DNA of 32,000 bases from Aciduliprofundum boonei T469 (GTDB taxonomy: Archaea > Thermoplasmatota > Thermoplasmata > Thermoplasmatales > Aciduliprofundaceae). Positions 24,814 to 32,000 of this stretch are shown one piece after another. How positions within the stretch are numbered: the stretch's first letter is position 1; each line of letters opens with the position of its first letter. The stretch lies in the NCBI RefSeq assembly GCF_000025665.1, contig NC_013926.1:1110001-1142000 (forward strand), written 5' to 3'. Both the position numbers and the translations under genes were made by a program. The notes below the pieces were generated by a model. It was given only the letters and a program-made list of their open reading frames with translations, was not told the origin of the DNA and did no database searches.

Positions 24814-25968
24814 GTGACCACCCTTATTCTCTGCGTTGACAGAGACGATGACCTTGGACGAAAGGCGGGAGTTAAAGGCCCGATAATTGGGAGAAAGAAT
24901 AACTTAGATGCAGCTGTGGCTTTAGCTTTAGCTGACCCAGAGGACTCTGATGCTAACGCAATATTTGCTGCCGTGTCTCTTTATGATAGAATGAAAAAGG
25001 AGGGAAAAGACATTGAAGTTGCAACCCTCACAGGTCATGAAAATGTTGGGATTAAGAGTGATGAGATAATAGCAAAGCAGTTGGATAAGGTAATAAGGAA
25101 AGTTAAACCTAAAAATGTGATTTTTGTGAGTGATGGGAGTGAGGATGAGTACATTCTTCCATTGGTAACATCCAGAGTGCCAATAGCCCATATGAGAAAA
25201 GTCATTGTAAGGCAATCGAAGAATATTGAAAGTACTTATTACATACTGATGAGAGCTTTGAAAGATAAAAAAATGGTCAAAAAGATCCTCGTGCCAGTTG
25301 CGTTGATTTTCTTAGCATATGCTTTTTCATCAATTCTTGTCGCCACAATAAAGTACTTCTTTCCAGGGTGGAACCTTATGGGGCCGGGAACAATGGCTCT
25401 TACCGTAATAACTCTCACTCTCGGTCTTTACTTTCTTGACAGGGCATATAGCATAAGAAGGAGGACCGCGCATTTTGTAAACCGTATCAAAATTTCAATG
25501 GCTCAGGCAAAAATTACAATCATATCCGATACTTTAGCTTTTCTTCTCTTGATAGTTGGACTGGATCTTGCGTATAATGATGCTTTGGCAGGAAGTGATA
25601 TTATAATACAACTCATCATATTCTTGCATACCTTCATAGTGTGGTTTGTATTTGCAGTACTGATAAGGGAGGGTGGCAAAACATTTGATATCTGGGTTCA
25701 TAAAGGAACATACACCAAGAGTTTCTGGATTGCCCTTTTGTCCACTGTCTCAACCGGTATAATCATATATTCCACTCTTGATTACCTTCTTGTACTTCTC
25801 AATGCCAAGAGTGAAGCGTCTCTCATTCCCATTACCATCATGGTCGCAAGTGGCATAGTCCTTGCTATCATGGCCGCCCTGTTGCAGAGACAGTTAAAGG
25901 AAGAAGGGTTAATAGAAGAGCCAGAGGAAGAGAGAAATGAAATGGAAGAACTGGATGAAGTTGTATGA
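24814..25968 (+). CDS. DUF373 family archaeal membrane protein.
   Basis: It has a GTG start. The N-terminus TLILCVDRDDDLGRKAGVKGPIIG is typical of DUF373, and the C-terminal half is polytopic. Confidence 0.72.
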   Translation: MTTLILCVDRDDDLGRKAGVKGPIIGRKNNLDAAVALALADPEDSDANAIFAAVSLYDRMKKEGKDIEVATLTGHENVGIKSDEIIAKQLDKVIRKVKPKNVIFVSDGSEDEYILPLVTSRVPIAHMRKVIVRQSKNIESTYYILMRALKDKKMVKKILVPVALIFLAYAFSSILVATIKYFFPGWNLMGPGTMALTVITLTLGLYFLDRAYSIRRRTAHFVNRIKISMAQAKITIISDTLAFLLLIVGLDLAYNDALAGSDIIIQLIIFLHTFIVWFVFAVLIREGGKTFDIWVHKGTYTKSFWIALLSTVSTGIIIYSTLDYLLVLLNAKSEASLIPITIMVASGIVLAIMAALLQRQLKEEGLIEEPEEERNEMEELDEVV

Positions 25969-26599
25969 GGAAATTGAGAGAGATTTTAAATTCAGAAGAG
26001 AAAAAGAAATTGAATCCCGCAACACTCTCTCTAAAATACTTGGAGATAAAGTCCTTAGTATAGGGGATATTGGAAATCTGATAGGTGAAGAAGTGTATGT
26101 AGTTGGGTTCTCCCCCTCGTTGGAAAATGAGATAGAACTGATACCCGATAGAGCAACAATAATAGCTGCCGATGACGCAGCAGTAATACTGAATGATTTA
26201 GGAATTAAACCAACGATAGTTATGAGTGATTTAGATGGGGACATAGATTCACTAATCAGAATAAAAAGTTCAGTCTTTGGGATACATGCCCATGGAGACA
26301 ATATACCTCTCCTTCCATACGCAGAGTTCTTTCCTAAGAAATTCGGAACCACGCAAATAGAGCCCTTGGAAAATGTATATAACTTTGGAGGATTCACCGA
26401 CGGAGATAGATGCGTATTCCTTGCGGCTCATTTTGATGCAAAGATACATATCCTTGGATTTGACTTTGAAAATCCAAGGATTAAAGAAGGAAAAGATATG
26501 ATAAGAAAGAGAAAAAAGCTCAGATGGGCTAAATACCTCATTCATTACTTAGAGCAATCTGGGGCAAAGATAATCTGGGAAAATTTAAATTCTAAATGA
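25937..26599 (+). CDS. mptE: 6-hydroxymethyl-7,8-dihydropterin pyrophosphokinase, archaeal MptE type (DUF115).
   Basis: IIAADDAAVILNDLGIKPTIVMSDLDGD...IHAHGDN matches my memory of the MptE/DUF115 motifs. It overlaps the DUF373 3' end by 32 nt, or 14 nt if the start is M7. Confidence 0.7.
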   Translation: MKWKNWMKLYEEIERDFKFRREKEIESRNTLSKILGDKVLSIGDIGNLIGEEVYVVGFSPSLENEIELIPDRATIIAADDAAVILNDLGIKPTIVMSDLDGDIDSLIRIKSSVFGIHAHGDNIPLLPYAEFFPKKFGTTQIEPLENVYNFGGFTDGDRCVFLAAHFDAKIHILGFDFENPRIKEGKDMIRKRKKLRWAKYLIHYLEQSGAKIIWENLNSK

Positions 26600-26611
26600 G
26601 TATGCTCATCT

Positions 26612-27028
26612 GTGATAATACTCAGCCCTCAAGTAGCCACAATACTTAGCGCTTTATTACTCATATATATTGGAATAGTTGTAGAGAAATACTATGTAAG
26701 TTGGAGCAGTGTTTACGCAAACACTCTTAGCTTTTTGATAATGCTTGGTTCAATAAATATGAGTTTCTATGTTTTTCTATTCCTTTTAGGATACACTTTA
26801 TTAGGATATATTTCTGTTAAGCTTAAATGGAAGAGAATCTTCCCATTATTTGGATGCAAAACCTACGGTTCTTTAGTGTTGGTTCTAACCTTGGGCTCAG
26901 AAGGATACATATTTGGAATTTACAGTATTACCTCAGTACTCATCTCCTGGGTATCGGTGGCTATAATGGTCCATATACTTGGATATTTATATGTAAAGCA
27001 TAGCAGGAGAAGGCGTTCAAAATGGTGA
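26612..27028 (+). CDS. Small polytopic membrane protein of unknown function.
   Basis: 138 aa with a GTG start, four hydrophobic segments and a basic tail, HSRRRRSKW. Confidence 0.5.
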   Translation: MIILSPQVATILSALLLIYIGIVVEKYYVSWSSVYANTLSFLIMLGSINMSFYVFLFLLGYTLLGYISVKLKWKRIFPLFGCKTYGSLVLVLTLGSEGYIFGIYSITSVLISWVSVAIMVHILGYLYVKHSRRRRSKW

Positions 27029-27282
27029 GAAAAATATTAAATGAGTACAAATGGCGGCAAGACAGAGATTTTAATCTCATCGAAGTACACTATATAGATA
27101 GATTGAGCCCGAGGGGCTATGCAATTTTAAAAGGAGAGGATATAGAAGATATGGGAGATAGATTCATATTTACCAAGAACGGAATGATTCCGTATCATAG
27201 AGTTATAAGGATTCTCTACGATGGTAAAATCATTTACGAGAAAACTCGTGGATATCATAATAAATATAGTAAAAAACCATAG
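27022..27282 (+). CDS. UPF0248 / DUF504 family small protein.
   Basis: ILNEYKWRQD...IEVHYIDR...IPYHRVIRILYDGKIIYEK fits the UPF0248 pattern (lnklkW...y.dR...IP.HRI..I). 86 aa. Confidence 0.7.
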   Translation: MVRKILNEYKWRQDRDFNLIEVHYIDRLSPRGYAILKGEDIEDMGDRFIFTKNGMIPYHRVIRILYDGKIIYEKTRGYHNKYSKKP

Positions 27283-27802
27283 AGGTAAAAGTTCCAACTA
27301 AGTTTCCTGTTACTATTCTAATAAAGTTTGTACTCTCATAGGAGGTTATAAGCTGAAGGAAGCCATCAACACCCATAATGAGAATGATTAAAAAATAAAA
27401 CAATGTACCAACGCGCACGCGGAAAAGTGCGCCTATGAAAGCACCAAAAGCCAAGCCCATAAATATGCCAGTACATCTTGCACAGAATGGCATCTGATTT
27501 CCATTTATAAAGAACGAGCGATCTGCATGCTGGTGACACATAACATCCCCAATTAAATAAATTCCCCTAATAAATGGATTAGAAATATGGGAATTTATGT
27601 AAGGTGCATTATCCATAACACTAACTTTTCCATTATTGCCTAAATACACGGAATTTGGTGGTAATAGAATAGGTGATAAAAAAAGTAAGAGTGCCCATAT
27701 GAATGCAAATATCGCGGGCAATAGCAAAAATATACTTATTTTCTCTTTTTTCTTTATATCAATCGTTAGTGATTCCAATAATCGTTCCTTTACATTCTCC
27801 AT
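27230..27802 (-). CDS. DUF2085 family membrane protein.
   Basis: It has the Cys/His motif CHQHADRSF...PFCARCTGIF between TM segments. Confidence 0.72.
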   Translation of the reverse strand: MENVKERLLESLTIDIKKKEKISIFLLLPAIFAFIWALLLFLSPILLPPNSVYLGNNGKVSVMDNAPYINSHISNPFIRGIYLIGDVMCHQHADRSFFINGNQMPFCARCTGIFMGLAFGAFIGALFRVRVGTLFYFLIILIMGVDGFLQLITSYESTNFIRIVTGNLVGTFTSMVFYYIYYDIHEFSRK

Positions 27803-28433
27803 TTAACATCGCCTTTTTTAAATCTTCTATGCTTTTTCCCATTATGCATATTTCTATCTTGCTCCTCTCCGCAATTTTTATAGATACTAAATCAAAGGGT
27901 AAATTTAGTCCTGCATCCATATCTCTACTCAAAAACATCTCTTGTGCTTTTCTATAACTCATTCTCCTTATAATTTTTGCATCTTTGTACTTTCTCGGGT
28001 CCTTATCATACACTCCTCCAACAGAAGTCATATTTATGACCCTTCTCTCCCCTATCCTCTCCGCAATGAGTAAAGAAACTGCGTCTGTAGTATGTCCAGG
28101 CTCTGTGCCTCCCATAAGTACAACAGGATAGCTACCGGAGGCAATCACCGCCTCCTCCACATTATCCGCTACTTTTGGATACGAATAATTTCCAAGGAAT
28201 AGAGAAGCATTTATTCTGCTAGCCATTATACCTATTCTATCCTGTAAGAACTCATTCATACCAAGTTTTGAGGCCATAGAAATGTAATCCCTGGCGATTT
28301 TACCTCCGCCTACAACTAAGAATATTTTATCATTCTTGGACTGCTCCTCTAAAAATTTGCGAAATGAGAATATGTAATTGAAATCAATATTATCCCCACA
28401 CACAATCGAGCCACCAAGAGATATCACAGCCAT
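27759..28433 (-). CDS. pyrH: Uridylate (UMP) kinase, archaeal type.
   Basis: 224 aa. It has amino-acid-kinase-fold motifs: ISLGGS, LVVGGGKIARDY, GGTEPGHTTD and DGVYDKDP-like (GGVYDKDPRKY). Confidence 0.88.
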   Translation of the reverse strand: MAVISLGGSIVCGDNIDFNYIFSFRKFLEEQSKNDKIFLVVGGGKIARDYISMASKLGMNEFLQDRIGIMASRINASLFLGNYSYPKVADNVEEAVIASGSYPVVLMGGTEPGHTTDAVSLLIAERIGERRVINMTSVGGVYDKDPRKYKDAKIIRRMSYRKAQEMFLSRDMDAGLNLPFDLVSIKIAERSKIEICIMGKSIEDLKKAMLNGECKGTIIGITND

Positions 28434-28490
28434 AGATGATTATCCCTATTGAGTATTAAAAAATTACCATAAGGAATATCTATGGCGAAA

Positions 28491-28500
28491 ATTTAATATC
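28491..28500 (+). promoter_or_regulatory. TATA box for the KaiC-like/CheY operon.
   Basis: atttaatatc is centred about 28 nt upstream of ATG 28523. Confidence 0.4.
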
Positions 28501-28522
28501 TATTGCTCTCATTTAAAAATTT

Positions 28523-29896
28523 ATGAACTGGCCAACAGAGATTGGAAATTTTCTGCAAAAGAATGGCACCGTGCTCTTGATTAGAGGTGAGCCAGGTACT
28601 GGGAAAACCTTATTTTCTCTAACTCTAATGAAAGATTTGAAAAATACGATTTTAATTGCTCCTAGAAAAGTTTATCAAGATATAGTAAGGAACTATCCAT
28701 GGATTGATGAAGAGGCAAAGAATAGGATTTTGATAATTGATGAAAAGTATGATTATGAGACAACGCACAAGTTCGGAAACTTATTTTTCTTACTTCCAGA
28801 ATCGTTCAGACTCGCATTGAACAAGATAGAAGAGGGTAGCATAAATACAATAATCTTGGACAGCTGGTATACTTTAATTGAAGAGTTGAAGTATAAATCC
28901 ATAGAGGAGCAAGAGAGAAAGGATATATACGATCCTGAGCGCTTCCTTTTAAACCTCGTTAAGCTCTCTGATTTAGGTGTAAATTTGATAATAAATAGAG
29001 AGGGAGACAAAGATGACACTCTTTCATATGTGGCAGATGGAGTTATAACATTAAAGAAAAATATTGAAAATGGAAGGCTCTACAGATATTTGATACTGGA
29101 TAAGTTAAGGGGAGTGGGAATTAAAAAATCTGAGTACTTTTTCACCCTAAAGAACGGGATGGCTAATATATTAATATCACATCCATTCAAACATCCCAAA
29201 GAGATAATTGATATTCCAAAGAAGGATATAAAGATCGGGTATGGAGTGCCTTCAATGGTATTTGATGACATTTTGAGTTTTGAGAGGGGAAATACAGTAC
29301 TTTACGATTTTGAAGAGTATGTGCCAAAAATATATCATTTTATCACTCTTATGAGCACAACTGCAAATTTCTTAAAGAACGGAATAAAAAGTATAATTTT
29401 ACCTCCTAATGATATGGATATGAACGAGATAAAATATCAAATCTATCTCTTTAACATCCACAAATACATTTCAAACCTGAGGATAATCTATCCTGAAAAA
29501 GAGCTTGAGGATTTTGTTGTAGAAACCAATTTCTATAATTTAAAAAGGATAATTGAGAGTATGGAGAGGTGCATAACCGAGGAAGATATGAATCCTCTAG
29601 TAATTATTGGATACGACAGGCTATTTAACTTCTTGGAAGAACACCAGATAATGCAACTAATTGATTATATGAGGAACTTTGTTAGAAAACACGGTGGCTT
29701 GCTCATAATCTCAGGAAAGATGTCAAATAAAGCAATAAAGAACTTCAGTGCTGGCTTAGCAGATATCTATCTTAAATTTAAGAATGTAAATGGCGACATA
29801 ATTATGTATGGAATAAAACCATGGACAAGGGTGTATCACTTGAGCCTATCTTCAGAGAAAGGATATCCAGAGATAATAAAGGAGGAGGTGTTATGA
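28523..29896 (+). CDS. KaiC/RecA-superfamily ATPase with two domains: an N-terminal domain with an intact P-loop and a C-terminal domain lacking one.
   Basis: The N-domain has LLIRGEPGTGKTLFSL (Walker A), TIILDSW (Walker B) and VADGVITLKK...RYLILDKLRGV, which is the KaiC-like layout. The second half (about aa 240-457) has similar beta-alpha periodicity but no GxxGxGKT. Confidence 0.75.
   Translation: MNWPTEIGNFLQKNGTVLLIRGEPGTGKTLFSLTLMKDLKNTILIAPRKVYQDIVRNYPWIDEEAKNRILIIDEKYDYETTHKFGNLFFLLPESFRLALNKIEEGSINTIILDSWYTLIEELKYKSIEEQERKDIYDPERFLLNLVKLSDLGVNLIINREGDKDDTLSYVADGVITLKKNIENGRLYRYLILDKLRGVGIKKSEYFFTLKNGMANILISHPFKHPKEIIDIPKKDIKIGYGVPSMVFDDILSFERGNTVLYDFEEYVPKIYHFITLMSTTANFLKNGIKSIILPPNDMDMNEIKYQIYLFNIHKYISNLRIIYPEKELEDFVVETNFYNLKRIIESMERCITEEDMNPLVIIGYDRLFNFLEEHQIMQLIDYMRNFVRKHGGLLIISGKMSNKAIKNFSAGLADIYLKFKNVNGDIIMYGIKPWTRVYHLSLSSEKGYPEIIKEEVL
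29881..29890 (+). promoter_or_regulatory. Shine-Dalgarno-type ribosome-binding site for the CheY gene.
   Basis: ggaggaggtg ends 3 nt before ATG 29893 and lies inside the 3' end of the KaiC-like gene. Confidence 0.6.
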
Positions 29897-30252
29897 ATAA
29901 GCTACTTTTGGCTGATGATTCAGAATTGTTCTACAAATTCCTAAGAGATGTTCTTAAAAAAGAGGGCATCGAAATAATCTGGGCAAAAAACAAGAAAGAA
30001 GCTATTGAGAAATTCAAAGAAGAGAAGCCAGATATAGTTTTGGTGGATATTATACTCTCAGATTCAAATGGAATTGATGTAATTAAAGAGATAAAAGCTC
30101 TGGACAAAGATGCGAATATAATGGTGATAAGTGGACTTGATAAACAGGATGTGATAAAGGAAGCTTTGGATGCGGGAGCAAGGGACTATATAGTGAAGAA
30201 TGTAAGCCCAAAATATTTCCGTGAGGAAATTTTAAAAGCTTTGAAGACCTAG
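29893..30252 (+). CDS. Stand-alone CheY-like receiver domain protein.
   Basis: About 119 aa. The acidic pair is LLLADDS, the phospho-acceptor context is IVLVDIILSDSNG, the conserved S is in IMVISGL and the conserved K is in DYIVKN. The ATG overlaps the upstream stop (ATGA). The track's 29821 start is an upstream extension. Confidence 0.88.
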   Translation: MNKLLLADDSELFYKFLRDVLKKEGIEIIWAKNKKEAIEKFKEEKPDIVLVDIILSDSNGIDVIKEIKALDKDANIMVISGLDKQDVIKEALDAGARDYIVKNVSPKYFREEILKALKT

Positions 30253-30279
30253 CTCCAAGATTAATTTTTGCAAAAACAA

Positions 30280-30287
30280 TTATATAA
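30280..30287 (+). promoter_or_regulatory. TATA box for the 7TM-DUF835 gene.
   Basis: ttatataa is centred about 26 nt upstream of ATG 30310. Confidence 0.45.
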
Positions 30288-30309
30288 GAGCAAAGCTGAT
30301 GCTATAATA

Positions 30310-31836
30310 ATGGATGGAGGGGTGATTGCCGATATAGCCACTATTCTGATTTTCAGTTTCCTTTGCTCCTATTTATATTATAAATTGGGTAACTCAGTTC
30401 TTAGTTATGTAGTACTCCTATTTAGCTCGGGAGTAGCCATATTGGCAATATCGGATATAATCTCACTTTTATATCAAAACTTGCCGTCGGTGGAGTGCAT
30501 TGCAGGAAAATTTACAGCGATGGGATCACTTATTGCAATACTTGGGCTTTTACACCTAGTTTCTATTTTCCCTCGTAAAAGTACGCGTATCCACACAATA
30601 CTTCCATCAATCTATTTTATATCTGCAATTCAAATCATTTACCTATTCTTCACACCCCACTTTCTTTCCTGCGATCCAATAATGGGGGGAGTTAGAAATC
30701 ATCTATGGTCCATTTATGCGCTATGGGCTTATTCACTTCTTATTTTTGCCTCTTTAATTCCTATTTATCATATGTTCACCTCCATAACAAAAATTGAAAA
30801 AATTGCAACATTCTATATGGTAATTGGCTCACTCTTGGTAATAGGATACCTTGGACTTGCACAAATTGTTCCGATGTATTATCCAGAGTTTGAAGTTTTC
30901 AGTGCTGTTCACATTCTACCTTTAATGGGTGTGCTTTTCACTGTTGGTATCATAAAATACGGCATATATGTTATGGTTCCGTATAAAGAGGTAAGTAAAA
31001 AATCTGAAAATTTACCTGAAATAAGATATGGAGAGATCAATGGAATAGCCAACATAGATGCTGCCTATAAAATATTTAGACAAGAAATATCGGAGCATTT
31101 AGGTATGGTTATCACCATTCGCCCACCCACAATAATTAAAGAAAGATATTCTATAGAGAGAACACCTATTATATGGCTTACATATTTCTCTAATGGATAC
31201 GATCTGGCAATAGTTCCAGATAGATTGCACTTTGAGGCTACATATTCCATAGCAAATTTTCTAGACAATGGTGGAGAAATTGTAATTATGGATGGTGTAG
31301 AATACATAATAAAAAATTATGGGAGGCGATTTTTTGCTGAATTTTTAGAGGAGATAAAAACAGTAAAAAATGATGCTACAATAATTCTCGCCGTAAACTC
31401 ATTAGATTGCTTAGAGGGACTTGCTGATAATGTTATCTACACCGAAGGAGCTATTGAGGCTCCCAGGGTTATAATGGTCAATAATATAAAGTATATTAAA
31501 AAGAGAGATTTGCTAATAATAACTTCAAAATCAAGGAAGCATCTAGAGTTCGAATTTGAAGAAAATCCAGAAATAATAAGCATATCTAATGAGTTCAATA
31601 TAGACCGCTTTTTGTTTGAAGGAATAGGAAAAATAGAAGATAGCCCAAAGAAGAATGTGTATATAGAATGCATGGATTATATAATGTCAATGGGTGAGGA
31701 AAAGGATGTCATGAACTTCATAAAAGATATAATAGACATAATACTTTTCCGCAATGGATATGTATTCCTAAGATACACTCCAAGGGCTCTAGAATCACCG
31801 GCGATTAAACAATTTGTTGAAGAAATAAAATTATAA
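30310..31836 (+). CDS. 7-TM membrane protein with a cytoplasmic DUF835-type domain, apparently duplicated.
   Basis: There are seven hydrophobic helices up to about aa 235. They are followed by ...MVITIRPPTIIKERYSIERTPIIWLTYFSNGYDLAIVPDRL...GGEIVIMDGVEYIIKNYGRRFFAEFLEEIK...ATIILAVN, which is the DUF835 pattern (TR.P...y.....WLT....i.P..l...vvldglEYLi...F). The ATG at 30310 is preferred over the track's TTG at 30268 because of TATA spacing. Confidence 0.72.
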   Translation: MDGGVIADIATILIFSFLCSYLYYKLGNSVLSYVVLLFSSGVAILAISDIISLLYQNLPSVECIAGKFTAMGSLIAILGLLHLVSIFPRKSTRIHTILPSIYFISAIQIIYLFFTPHFLSCDPIMGGVRNHLWSIYALWAYSLLIFASLIPIYHMFTSITKIEKIATFYMVIGSLLVIGYLGLAQIVPMYYPEFEVFSAVHILPLMGVLFTVGIIKYGIYVMVPYKEVSKKSENLPEIRYGEINGIANIDAAYKIFRQEISEHLGMVITIRPPTIIKERYSIERTPIIWLTYFSNGYDLAIVPDRLHFEATYSIANFLDNGGEIVIMDGVEYIIKNYGRRFFAEFLEEIKTVKNDATIILAVNSLDCLEGLADNVIYTEGAIEAPRVIMVNNIKYIKKRDLLIITSKSRKHLEFEFEENPEIISISNEFNIDRFLFEGIGKIEDSPKKNVYIECMDYIMSMGEEKDVMNFIKDIIDIILFRNGYVFLRYTPRALESPAIKQFVEEIKL

Positions 31837-31839
31837 GAG

Positions 31840-32000
31840 CTAAAATTCCTCTGCGGGACATTTTCCAAGGCAGTCCAAGCAATGTATACATTTCTCTTCT
31901 TTTATTGCTATCTTTCCATTTTCAAGATATAAAGCCCCAACAGGACATCTCCCAAGACATATACCGCATCCAATGCACTCCTGAGAGCGTATTATTAAAG
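31840..32000 (-). CDS. 4Fe-4S dicluster (ferredoxin-type) domain protein. This is the C-terminal end; the gene runs off the window end.
   Basis: My own minus-strand translation reads ...LNIRSQECIGCGICLGRCPVGALYLENGKIAIKEEKCIHCLDCLGKCPAEEF*. It contains two CxxCxxCxxxCP motifs, and the stop is at 31842-31840. Confidence 0.8.
   Translation of the reverse strand, partial: LIIRSQECIGCGICLGRCPVGALYLENGKIAIKEEKCIHCLDCLGKCPAEEF

Noticed and set aside
25909-26397. A 162-aa minus-strand ORF lies antisense to mptE.
   Set aside because: It overlaps a recognisable MptE/DUF115 gene. Its translation is low-complexity S/I/L-rich with no motif, so it is a shadow ORF.
1-32000. I looked for a CRISPR array, tRNA, rRNA, or ORB-type origin repeats near the replication genes.
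   Set aside because: The intergenic spacers are nearly all under 120 bp and contain only promoter-like A/T boxes. By eye I found no repeated 25-40 bp units and no tRNA-like cloverleaf sequences. A computational scan (tRNAscan, a CRISPR finder, a repeat finder) would be needed to exclude them formally.

Overview
This is an AT-rich, very gene-dense archaeal chromosomal window. The archaeal assignment rests on the PolD large subunit DP2, a single MCM, a GPN-loop GTPase, MptE, and the archaeal DUF373, DUF424, DUF504 and DUF835 families. I cannot name the species. I count about 35 protein genes and see no rRNA, tRNA or CRISPR array. Most genes are housekeeping: nrdJ (partial), purB, pyrE, acylphosphatase, polD-DP2, nadE, mcm, valS, pyrH, mptE, and HAD and FAH hydrolases. 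Genes abut or overlap at nearly every junction, with ATGA start/stop overlaps and convergent 3' overlaps of up to 53 bp. TATA-like boxes sit about 25-28 nt upstream of many start codons, which suggests leaderless mRNAs. Internal operon genes instead carry GGAGG-type ribosome-binding sites. Two copies of a 937-bp IS carry an identical transposase ORF and matched in every stretch I spot-checked. Both are in + orientation at 3533-4469 and 21904-22840, and each is flanked by its own perfect 8-bp target-site duplication. Each copy splits a gene whose halves rejoin in frame. One is a roughly 196-aa coiled-coil gene heading a small membrane-protein operon. The other is a roughly 423-aa fusion of a Cys/His cluster, pentapeptide repeats and a 2TM K+ channel. 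The best candidate for an undescribed system is at 28523-31836. It holds a KaiC-like ATPase translationally coupled to an orphan CheY receiver, followed by a 7-TM protein with tandem DUF835-type modules, and no histidine kinase is in view. The second candidate is a wHTH plus AAA+ ATPase of unrecognised family directly upstream of mcm. All functional calls come from motif reading of the supplied translations, because no database search was possible.
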